Below, piece after piece: positions 9,224-16,686 of a stretch of DNA of 25,144 nucleotides (the first letter of the stretch is position 1; each line of letters begins with the position of its first letter). The stretch is from positions 1 through 25,144 of the forward strand of contig ONYR01000005.1 of the NCBI GenBank assembly GCA_900322165.1, written 5' to 3'. This DNA is from an uncultured Eubacteriales bacterium. GTDB lineage: Bacteria > Bacillota > Clostridia > Lachnospirales > Bianqueaceae. The notes under the pieces are model-generated. The model saw nothing but the letters and a program-made list of their open reading frames with translations, made no database searches and was not told the DNA's origin. The position numbers and the translations under genes are program-made.

Positions 9224-9759
9224 GATCTGATCCTCCTTGACATGCGCCGCTTCTGCGCATTCACCTCATCGACATGATCCGTAAACTCATTCAGCTTGAT
9301 CAAAAGAGGCAGCAGCAATACGCCAAGCAGCAAGGTATAGATCACCTCGGGAAGGATCAGATGGAACAGGTAATAAGCAAAACGTGTGTCTCCCTTGAGA
9401 AAACGCAGAAAGATAAACTGAACCAGCCCTGCGGCAAAGGAAGACGCGGCTGTAAACGAAACCGGAAGCAGCAGCAAGCTCCGGCTCAGATTTCTTGAAA
9501 GATAACCGACCGAAAAACCGATCAGCATGTAGATCAGGGCATAAAAACCAAGTACACGGAAAAACAGCAGGTCTTCCAACAACCCAAGCACAAATCCGAT
9601 CAGGCTGCCCCGTCTCTCCCCCTGCACCATCGCAGCTGAGACCGTCAGCAGCAAAAGAAGATCCGGCAAAATGCCGCCGATCGCAATGCCCCTCAGGCTT
9701 GAGGACTGGAGAATCAACACGATAAACCCGATCAATGCATTCAAAACAAGGGAGATCAT
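9220..9759 (-). CDS. mreD: Rod shape-determining protein MreD
   Basis: Hydrophobic; LPDLLLL and GFVLGLLEDL motifs; lies between mreC and pbp2 with overlapping start/stop codons. Confidence 0.9.
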   Translation of the reverse strand: MISLVLNALIGFIVLILQSSSLRGIAIGGILPDLLLLLTVSAAMVQGERRGSLIGFVLGLLEDLLFFRVLGFYALIYMLIGFSVGYLSRNLSRSLLLLPVSFTAASSFAAGLVQFIFLRFLKGDTRFAYYLFHLILPEVIYTLLLGVLLLPLLIKLNEFTDHVDEVNAQKRRMSRRIRS

Positions 9760-10667
9760 GGCTGAACCTCCCCGTTTTCATTCTCACTCAGATTTCGCAC
9801 TTCCGTAATGATAAGCACCATGTCGGTCTGTTCCAGATCGACACTCGGTTTAATAATGGCAACACTTTCATATCCGGTTCCGACCGGAATGATCTCAGTA
9901 ACGATACCGATCGAAAGCCCCGGAGGATAGATGTCTCCCAGCGATGAGGTAACGATCTCATCCCCCACAGTAATATCGACCTCTCCGGTCACAAACTTGA
10001 TCATGCAGAGGCTGTCATCGATCTCACCAAGCTCATTGGAATGGTAGCCGAACGCACCCTCCACCACGACAAGATCGCCGCCGGGACGGTTGATCTGGCC
10101 GTAGATCACACTGCCCTGATCCACGATCGAGGTAACGATCGCATACTGTCCGAACACCTCGCTGACGTGTCCCGCGAGTCCGCCTGTCGTGATGACCGGC
10201 ATGTATATCTCGATCCCGTCGGCGCTGCCTTTATCCAGGATAAAGGTATCATACCAGTTATTCGGGGACAGACCGATGATCTGAGCGCCGGTTTTCGGAT
10301 AATCCCGGTAATAGGTATCCAGTGCGTAAAGCTCCTCGAGCTCCTCCGCGCGTCTCGCTTCGGCCAACAGGGCGCGGTTCTCCTCTTCGAGGGCTTCGAC
10401 CTGTTCCCTGAGTCTGGCGTTTTCCTCCATCACCGACTGCATCGTGCCCCAGCCTTCGTTATGGTCATGGATCCAAACCTGCACACTTTTCATCCCTTGC
10501 TCGATCGGGTCCGAAACCAAGTGCAGGGCTTCTCTTAAAAAGTCAAGCCTCAGCCCCAGCATGCCGGTGATGATGAGTAAAAGGACGCAGACAGCCAGGC
10601 CAAGCGGCAGCCGCCACTTCGCCCTCTCTTCCCTGATCGCCCTTTTTTCGGCATCTTCCCGTTTCAC
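9756..10667 (-). CDS. mreC: Rod shape-determining protein MreC
   Basis: N-terminal TM helix, coiled coil (ENARLREQVEALEEEN), ILDKGSADGI and VTSSLGDIYPPGL. Confidence 0.93.
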   Translation of the reverse strand: MKREDAEKRAIREERAKWRLPLGLAVCVLLLIITGMLGLRLDFLREALHLVSDPIEQGMKSVQVWIHDHNEGWGTMQSVMEENARLREQVEALEEENRALLAEARRAEELEELYALDTYYRDYPKTGAQIIGLSPNNWYDTFILDKGSADGIEIYMPVITTGGLAGHVSEVFGQYAIVTSIVDQGSVIYGQINRPGGDLVVVEGAFGYHSNELGEIDDSLCMIKFVTGEVDITVGDEIVTSSLGDIYPPGLSIGIVTEIIPVGTGYESVAIIKPSVDLEQTDMVLIITEVRNLSENENGEVQP

Positions 10668-10685
10668 GCCTGAGCCTCCTTACGA

Positions 10686-11711
10686 TTAATGATACAGCGA
10701 CGCTGTCTCCAAAACTCCCTTGTATGCCTGGATATTATCCAGTACGATCCCGCAGCCGTTCACGACGCAGTGAAGCGGATTCTCCGCAATCACCGTCTTG
10801 ACACCGCAGACCTTCTCGATCATGGTATCCATGCCCTTCAAAAGCGCACCGCCGCCGGTCAGATAGATCCCGTTGTCATAGACATCGGAAGCGATCTCCG
10901 GAGGCAGCTTCTCAAGCACATCCGTAATCGCATTGATGATCTGCATGATCGTCGGATAGATCGCCTCGGCAACGTGGAAATTCGTGAGCTCCATGGAAAG
11001 CGGAAGGCCCGTCATCACGTCGCGCCCCTTAATGATCAGTTTATCCTCATAGGTATTGTCATCCACGTATGCGGTTCCGATCGTGGTCTTAATATGCTCG
11101 GCCGAAATATCGCCGATATTCATGTTATTGATCTTCTTCAGGTAGACCATGATCGCTTCATCGATGGCATCACCGCCGACACGAAGCGATTTGGACTCAA
11201 CGATCCCGCCAAGCGAGATCACGGCGACTTCCGTCGTTCCGCCGCCGATATCCACCACCATGCTGCCGACCGGATCCATCACCGGCAGGCCTGCCCCGAT
11301 CGCAGCCGCCATCGGCTCCTCCATCAGGTAGGTTCCGCGCTCATTGACGCCGGACTGCAGGGCCACTTCGATCAAGGCACGCTTTTCAACGTCCGTGATC
11401 CCGTAAGGCGCACAGATCACCAGATCCGGCCGCATGAAAAAGTTCGGTTTGGCTACCTTGCGGATATAGTACTGAAGCATCGCTTTGGTCGACGTATAGT
11501 CCGCGATGACGCCTTCCTTGATCGGGCGCTCCGCGCGGATATGATCCGGCGTTCTTCCCAGCATCTGCTTGGCTTCCTCGCCGACCGCCACAACCTCCTC
11601 GGTCTCGGTATCGATCGCAACGACCGAAGGCTCCTCCACAACGATACCGGCATCCTTCATGTAAACCAGAATATTCGCCGTGCCAAGGTCAATTCCCAGT
11701 GCCTTTTTCAT
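10686..11711 (-). CDS. mreB: Actin-like rod shape-determining protein MreB
   Basis: GIDLGTAN, EPSVVA, EEPMAAAIGAG, DIGGGTTE, LTGGGALL. ATG 11711 chosen because GGAGG lies 7 nt upstream. Confidence 0.96.
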   Translation of the reverse strand: MKKALGIDLGTANILVYMKDAGIVVEEPSVVAIDTETEEVVAVGEEAKQMLGRTPDHIRAERPIKEGVIADYTSTKAMLQYYIRKVAKPNFFMRPDLVICAPYGITDVEKRALIEVALQSGVNERGTYLMEEPMAAAIGAGLPVMDPVGSMVVDIGGGTTEVAVISLGGIVESKSLRVGGDAIDEAIMVYLKKINNMNIGDISAEHIKTTIGTAYVDDNTYEDKLIIKGRDVMTGLPLSMELTNFHVAEAIYPTIMQIINAITDVLEKLPPEIASDVYDNGIYLTGGGALLKGMDTMIEKVCGVKTVIAENPLHCVVNGCGIVLDNIQAYKGVLETASLYH

Positions 11712-11739
11712 GCTCACGCCTCCTCTTATTCAGGCGGCC

Positions 11740-11761
11740 CTGCCGGAGGTGGCTCCGGCAG
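11740..11761. other. GC-rich intercistronic hairpin between radC and mreB
   Basis: CTGCCGGAG-GTGG-CTCCGGCAG, a perfect 9-bp stem with no U-tract on the coding (minus) strand. Confidence 0.6.
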
Positions 11762-11777
11762 AGCTTCTCTTTCTCTC

Positions 11778-12500
11778 TCAGTCTGTTTCGAAATCAAACC
11801 CGTTTTCCCGGTAGGAATAGTATTCTTTGTCACCGAGAATGATATGGTCGATCATCGGAAGTTTCATGATCTTACTTTCTGCATAAAGCAGCTTTGTCAT
11901 CTCGCCGTCTGCCAGCGATGGCAAAGGATCACCGCTCGGATGCGAATGCAGCAGCACAAACCCGTAAGCGCCCCGCTCAAATCCCTGGAGGAAGATCTCC
12001 CTCCCATCGATGAGCGACTGGTTGATCGTTCCCGGGGGCAGCTGCATCTCTGAAAGCATTTCGAGCTTGGAGTTCAGATAGAGGATCCACGCCGTTTCCC
12101 GTTTTAAATAGCGTGTACTCTCCATGTACATGTGGGCGATCGATGCCGGATCCGACAGTCTCACCCTCGTAGCCGCTTCCTTTTGCGCCAGCCGTTTGGC
12201 AAGCTCCGAGATCGCCTGAATCTCGATGGATTTGACCCGTCCGATGCCCTTGAGCGCTCTCAGCTCACTCAGTGAGAGCTGGCAGAAGGCACAGAGCGGA
12301 TCCCACCCGGCCGTATCGACCAGGGACAGAAGCCGGCAAGCCATTTCAAACGCCCTCTCACCCTCTGATCCGTTCCGCAGAACGATCGAGAGCAATTGAG
12401 CATCCGTCAGGGCCGAAGCCCCCTTGAGTTCCACGATCCGATATGGCTGTTCGGATTCGGGCAGGTCCTTCATCGTGACCTTGTTTTCTTTTTGAGACAT
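11778..12500 (-). CDS. radC: RadC/UPF0758 JAB-domain protein
   Basis: LTDAQLLSIVLRNG, HhH-like KGIGRVK, and JAB motif HSHPSG...SLAD...DHIILG. Confidence 0.93.
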   Translation of the reverse strand: MSQKENKVTMKDLPESEQPYRIVELKGASALTDAQLLSIVLRNGSEGERAFEMACRLLSLVDTAGWDPLCAFCQLSLSELRALKGIGRVKSIEIQAISELAKRLAQKEAATRVRLSDPASIAHMYMESTRYLKRETAWILYLNSKLEMLSEMQLPPGTINQSLIDGREIFLQGFERGAYGFVLLHSHPSGDPLPSLADGEMTKLLYAESKIMKLPMIDHIILGDKEYYSYRENGFDFETD

Positions 12501-12505
12501 AGCTT

Positions 12506-12528
12506 CCTTTCTGTCAGAAGCAGAAAGG
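12506..12528 (-). promoter_or_regulatory. Hairpin sequestering the radC ribosome-binding site
   Basis: Minus strand CCTTTCTG-N7-CAGAAAGG-AAGCT-ATG: the 3' arm carries most of the AGAAAGGA SD. Confidence 0.5.
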
Positions 12529-12565
12529 CAAGCCGCGCAGGGTTCTCTTTATGTACGTTCCGTTA

Positions 12566-12820
12566 TCACACCTTGCGGTGAACAAAGATCGCAAGGCACA
12601 TGCCGATAATGGACGCAATGTTGATCGAGATCTGAAATCCGAACGTCAGCTGGATCACACTCAGATTCAGCGTGACCGTCGGGATCCCGAACGTTTTTCC
12701 GTAAGCCAGCCAGTAAAAGAAATCATACTGACCCAGCCAATCACCGATAAAACCGCCGACCACAATTCCGGCAAGCAGGAATAAAATCAGCGTCCAGAAA
12801 TTCTTGCCACGTAAAGCCAT
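12566..12820 (-). CDS. Small membrane protein, DUF4321-like
   Basis: Two hydrophobic segments with WLAYGKTFG and LTFGFQISINIASIIG; usual position upstream of radC. Start set to ATG 12820 behind GGAGGAGG. Confidence 0.8.
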   Translation of the reverse strand: MALRGKNFWTLILFLLAGIVVGGFIGDWLGQYDFFYWLAYGKTFGIPTVTLNLSVIQLTFGFQISINIASIIGMCLAIFVHRKV

Positions 12821-12838
12821 AGGATAAGCCTCCTCCAA

Positions 12839-13795
12839 TCAATCACCTGATATTGTACCATGCAAACGATTATTTGTATAGATTTTTCCAAACGCCTTCG
12901 GCACGATGAATCGGTCGATCAAGGGGGTCAGAAGGTTCATTAACAGAATCGAAGCACAGATCGCGATCTCATAGTTTCCGTATACGCGAAGCAGCGTTGT
13001 CAGAACGCCGCAGCCAACGCCGAACACGAGCCGTCCGACTCCGGTCATCGGCGTCGTTACGTAATCCGTTGCCATGAAGAAGGCCGCAAATATCAGCCCT
13101 CCGGTCAGGATCTCGTACATGCCGTTTCCCTTCAGCAGATAAGACAGCACAAAGACGACCGCAATATAGCTCAGCGGAATGCGCAGATCGATGACGCGCC
13201 TAGCCGCAAGGTAAATGCCGCCAAGCAGGATCAGCAGGACCGAAGTCTCTCCGAGATCTCCCGGAACTACGCCCAAAAAACAGCTCATCATGCTCGGAAG
13301 CATTTCAAACTGGCCCTCGGAGAGGTAATACAGCGGGGTGTACACAGGAATTCCGTTGATGCGGAACTCGGTCATGAGTGCCGGGAACACCAGGATCAGC
13401 ATCAGTTTGGCGCTGAGCGCAGGATTCAGCAGATTGCGCCCGATCCCGCCGAACAGCTGTTTCACGATAATGATCGCAAAGAAAGCCCCTACGGCCGGGA
13501 CCCAAAGCGGCACACTGATGGGAAGGTTAAACGCCACCAGAAGGCCGGTCAAAAGCGCGCTGCAGTCCAAAATCGAGACTCTCTTGCGGGAAAGCTTCTG
13601 CCAGGCATATTCGCTCAGAACCGCGGTCGCGCACGAGATCAGTACAATGATGAGAGCGCGGTAACCGAAATAGACTGTTGCAAAGATCAGGATCGGCGTC
13701 AACGCGAACAGCACGTCCCGCATGATCGAAGAGGTCGTATCCGCCCCTCTCGAGTGCGGCGGCTGATAGTAATTCGAAGGAGATCTGTCTTTCAT
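12839..13795 (-). CDS. rnfD: RnfD-like membrane subunit (divergent)
   Basis: IMRDVLFALTP, KQLFGGIGRNLLNPA, GDLGETS and FFMATDYVTTP match RnfD/NqrB; the flavinylation region reads IPVYTPL. Confidence 0.88.
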   Translation of the reverse strand: MKDRSPSNYYQPPHSRGADTTSSIMRDVLFALTPILIFATVYFGYRALIIVLISCATAVLSEYAWQKLSRKRVSILDCSALLTGLLVAFNLPISVPLWVPAVGAFFAIIIVKQLFGGIGRNLLNPALSAKLMLILVFPALMTEFRINGIPVYTPLYYLSEGQFEMLPSMMSCFLGVVPGDLGETSVLLILLGGIYLAARRVIDLRIPLSYIAVVFVLSYLLKGNGMYEILTGGLIFAAFFMATDYVTTPMTGVGRLVFGVGCGVLTTLLRVYGNYEIAICASILLMNLLTPLIDRFIVPKAFGKIYTNNRLHGTISGD

Positions 13796-15252
13796 CGCTC
13801 GTCCTCCTCCGGGGTGGAATCAAACCGTGCTTCTGCGTATCGCTCAGCTTCTGCCCTCAGTTTCAGGTCTCTGCGCTCATTGATCATCGTCTTGCCTTTC
13901 ATGACACTGATGCCCACTTTCCGTCTTGCCGGGCAGACAAAGCTGCAAGCTCCGCATTCGATGCACGTCATACCGCCTGAGGACTCAAAGCGCTTCCAAT
14001 CGCGTTTCGTTACCAGTTTTTCAAGAAAGTACGGCGCAAGCCCCATCGGGCAGGCAGCCACGCAGCGGCCGCACCGAATACAGTGGCTCTCCTCCATCTG
14101 GTGTGCACTTTCTTCGGACATGAGCAAAATACAGGCTGTGGATTTCGTGATCGGAACATCCAGATCTTGCAGCACCGTGCCGGTAATCGGGCCGCCGAGG
14201 ATCACTTTGGCCGCTTCCCTGACCGGAACTCCGCCGTTTTCCACGAGCTCTTTCACGGAGGTACCGATACGGACCCTGTAGTTCCGCGGGCTTTCCAGAC
14301 AGTCACCGCTCAGCGTCACAATGCAGCGCTGCAGCGGTCTTCCCTGCGTTACGGCGCGCGAGATGGCAATCGCCGTATCCACGGAGATGATAAGGATCCC
14401 ATGGCTTAACAGATCCGAGACATCGGAAACTTCTTCATGAAGCACGGTTTCCGCCAGCATCAGCGGATGGTGCTGCGGATACTTGCAGCGAACGATCTCA
14501 ACGCGGATGTGATCGGCTTCATGGTCAATGTAATCGCCCATCACCTCGATCGCTTTCGGCTTGTCATCCGCGATACAAAGGACCGCTTCCGCCTTCGGAA
14601 AAAGCTTTGTCAAGACTCGGATGCCGTTCACGATGCGCCAGGAATCCTCCAGCATTAGACGATAGGCAGCGCTCATCTCCGGCTCCGTCTCTGCGCCGTC
14701 GATCAAAACGGTATGAATCTGCGAAGCCTCAGCTCCCTGCAGCATTTGATCCAAAAACATCTTAGAGGTCGGTTCAATGATTCCCGCCGCGCGGATCCTC
14801 AGACGGATCTCTTCCTCCGGCAGTTCTTTATAGCTTTCCGGGGTGAACGGACGGTCGGCGGTCGTATAGGCATGGTCATTTTCGACGATGATCGAACGGA
14901 CTTTGTCCGCATAGGCCGTGAGCTTCATTGCAATATCTTTGACGGTGCCGGAAACACTGCTGTAAAGCGGCAGTCCCTCTTCCGTCTCCGCAATGATCTG
15001 ATCGCGCTGGACCTTGTCACCGACGGCCACCAGAGCAGTAAATGTGTTGCCATAGGCATCGGTCAGCGGATAGACAAGGTCCTCCTTCGGATCCATGTAA
15101 TCCGCGATCGTCATCTCCTGCGTTTTTTCTTTATCCGGCCGCACCTGAACGCCGCCTCGAAACGTCGGGACGCGAACCGTCACGGACGAAGCCAGATCCC
15201 GGACATTCGAGATCAACGCTTGATAGTTGAAACGTTTATGGATAGGATTCAT
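13792..15252 (-). CDS. rnfC: RnfC-like Fe-S subunit (divergent, NADH/FMN motifs lost)
   Basis: TFRGGV, SSVSGTV, KYPQ, LGGPITG and two CxxCxxCxxxCP motifs (CIRCGRCVAACP, CIECGACSFVCP). ATG 15252 chosen for SD spacing; ATGA overlap with rnfD. Confidence 0.88.
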   Translation of the reverse strand: MNPIHKRFNYQALISNVRDLASSVTVRVPTFRGGVQVRPDKEKTQEMTIADYMDPKEDLVYPLTDAYGNTFTALVAVGDKVQRDQIIAETEEGLPLYSSVSGTVKDIAMKLTAYADKVRSIIVENDHAYTTADRPFTPESYKELPEEEIRLRIRAAGIIEPTSKMFLDQMLQGAEASQIHTVLIDGAETEPEMSAAYRLMLEDSWRIVNGIRVLTKLFPKAEAVLCIADDKPKAIEVMGDYIDHEADHIRVEIVRCKYPQHHPLMLAETVLHEEVSDVSDLLSHGILIISVDTAIAISRAVTQGRPLQRCIVTLSGDCLESPRNYRVRIGTSVKELVENGGVPVREAAKVILGGPITGTVLQDLDVPITKSTACILLMSEESAHQMEESHCIRCGRCVAACPMGLAPYFLEKLVTKRDWKRFESSGGMTCIECGACSFVCPARRKVGISVMKGKTMINERRDLKLRAEAERYAEARFDSTPEEDER

Positions 15253-15286
15253 GTGCATTATCCTTTTTTATGTAGTCGTTCTATTC

Positions 15287-15314
15287 ATTCTACATGATTT
15301 CAGGTAAAAGTCAA
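15287..15314 (-). promoter_or_regulatory. Sigma-A-like promoter for rnfC-rnfD and downstream genes
   Basis: Minus strand TTGACT, 16 bp, TAGAAT in an AT-rich intergenic region. Confidence 0.6.
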
Positions 15315-15316
15315 TA

Positions 15317-15345
15317 TTGCAGGCCTCTTGGAAAATGAGTAGAAT
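15317..15345 (+). promoter_or_regulatory. Sigma-A-like promoter for the C39-like peptidase
   Basis: TTGCAG, 17 bp, TAGAAT; back-to-back with the rnfC promoter. Confidence 0.5.
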
Positions 15346-15387
15346 AAAGGCTGTTCTCATCTTTATTATTGTTTCGGAGGCACGTTT

Positions 15388-15987
15388 ATGCTTTATCTGA
15401 ACCAACAGGATTATCCTGACATTCCCTACCCGAACAATCTCTCCGATCCCGCGTCCAAGGGCGCGACAAACGGCAGCATCGCCTCCTCCGGCTGCGGACT
15501 TTGCGCGATGGCGATGGCCGTGGATCATTTAACCATGCAGTCTTTGTCACTCGAGGAAGCGGTCGAGCTATCCTGCAGCGTCAAAGCCAACCTGAAGCCC
15601 GGCACCGATATGAAGCTGTTCGGAAAGGCGGCGGCCGATGCCTTCGGGCTTCAGATGACGGTCTCGGATGACCCTGAGGAGATGGCTCAGTGTCTGATGA
15701 CTTCCGGACGCGCGATCATCAACGTCGGAGGCGATCATGACGATCATATCGGCATTTTCTCCGACGTTGGCCATTATGTCCTTGCCATCGGTTATCGGGA
15801 TGGGGAATTCTGCATTCTTGATCCGGCTTACCGCCCCACCAAATACAACACGGAAGTGCCGATCCGCGCCGAAAAAGTCCGCGAGGAAGGCATCTTCCTT
15901 TACACGAGGGCCGAGGTCATCATGTCCGATACCGAAAACCGCTCGCCCCGCTTCTATCTGTTCCATCGGAAAACGGATCTGAAGTAA
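15388..15987 (+). CDS. Papain-fold cysteine peptidase, C39-like, no signal peptide
   Basis: Ordered Gln (LNQQD), Cys (SSGCGLCAMAM), His (GHYVLAIG) and Asp (ILDPA); GGAGG RBS. Confidence 0.82.
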   Translation: MLYLNQQDYPDIPYPNNLSDPASKGATNGSIASSGCGLCAMAMAVDHLTMQSLSLEEAVELSCSVKANLKPGTDMKLFGKAAADAFGLQMTVSDDPEEMAQCLMTSGRAIINVGGDHDDHIGIFSDVGHYVLAIGYRDGEFCILDPAYRPTKYNTEVPIRAEKVREEGIFLYTRAEVIMSDTENRSPRFYLFHRKTDLK

Positions 15988-16067
15988 GCCCCGGCTTTCG
16001 CCATGCATGTTGTGCCCTTGCTCGCACAATGCTTTCAAAGAAACGTGCGCCGCTGGGCGCACCATAA

Positions 16068-16101
16068 AAAACAGCTCTGACTTTGAAGTCAGAGCTGTTT
16101 T
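16068..16101. terminator. Bidirectional terminator between the peptidase and the P-loop gene
   Basis: Perfect 15-bp stem AAAACAGCTCTGACT-TTGA-AGTCAGAGCTGTTTT. Confidence 0.9.
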
Positions 16102-16122
16102 GTGTTTCAACCAATTTCCCGA

Positions 16123-16536
16123 TCAGTCGATCAGGCACTCCTTGTACTCTTCAGGAATGTCCGCTTCATCGCAGCAAAGGCTGATGATGAAGTGAATGTT
16201 GTAGCGGTCAGCTACTTCCTTAACACGGTCAAGCAGTGTGCCGATCTCATCGACTTCGATCTTAGCGTTCTTTAAAAGACCATCGATAAATACGGTGTTG
16301 ATGTCATAGTCCTGAGAAAGAATTCCGCAAACAAAACCGAAAAACTCGCCGCTGGTCTTCAGCGGATATTCCGCGATCTGAACCAGACGGATTGAATAGT
16401 CGAGACGGAAGATCTGACTTTCGTCAGCGTCGACGTAAACGATATGACCATTGTTGGTTTTGACAAGAGTATTCGCCATGTCAATTAAGGCTTTGGTCTT
16501 TCCGGCTCCCTGACGTCCGGCAATTAATTGAATCAT
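16123..16536 (-). CDS. Small P-loop NTP-binding protein of unknown function
   Basis: Walker A GRQGAGKT, Walker B-like VFIDG, AAGGAGG RBS, own promoter and terminator. Confidence 0.85.
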   Translation of the reverse strand: MIQLIAGRQGAGKTKALIDMANTLVKTNNGHIVYVDADESQIFRLDYSIRLVQIAEYPLKTSGEFFGFVCGILSQDYDINTVFIDGLLKNAKIEVDEIGTLLDRVKEVADRYNIHFIISLCCDEADIPEEYKECLID

Positions 16537-16561
16537 AGGATAGTACCTCCTTCATCTTCTA

Positions 16562-16614
16562 TCACAGATTTTCTGTGTTTCACAGAGAATCTGTAGGAAC
16601 GCGACAATCTGTGA
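16562..16614. repeat. Tandem imperfect palindromes CACAGA-N3-TCTGTG with 18-bp period
   Basis: Units at 16563 (CACAGATTTTCTGTG), 16581 (CACAGAGAATCTGTA) and 16599 (ACGCGACAATCTGTG). Confidence 0.7.
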
Positions 16615-16630
16615 ATCGAATTGTTGATTT

Positions 16631-16659
16631 ATTATAACAAACGAATTCACGCTTTTCAA
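16631..16659 (-). promoter_or_regulatory. Sigma-A promoter for the P-loop gene
   Basis: Minus strand TTGAAA, 17 bp, TATAAT with an extended -10 TGn. Confidence 0.72.
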
Positions 16660-16686
16660 ACCCTTTTATAAAAGTTTGATGATTCT

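Noticed and set aside
10689-12053. 454-aa plus-strand ORF
   Set aside because: Antisense shadow of mreB/radC; no RBS or recognisable motif. Long antisense frames are expected with this codon bias.
15568-16110. 180-aa minus-strand ORF over the peptidase
   Set aside because: Antisense to a gene with a clear catalytic set, and it starts beyond a bidirectional terminator.
16562-16614. Repeat array as a mini-CRISPR
   Set aside because: Units are 15 bp with 3-bp gaps, no unique spacers and no cas genes.
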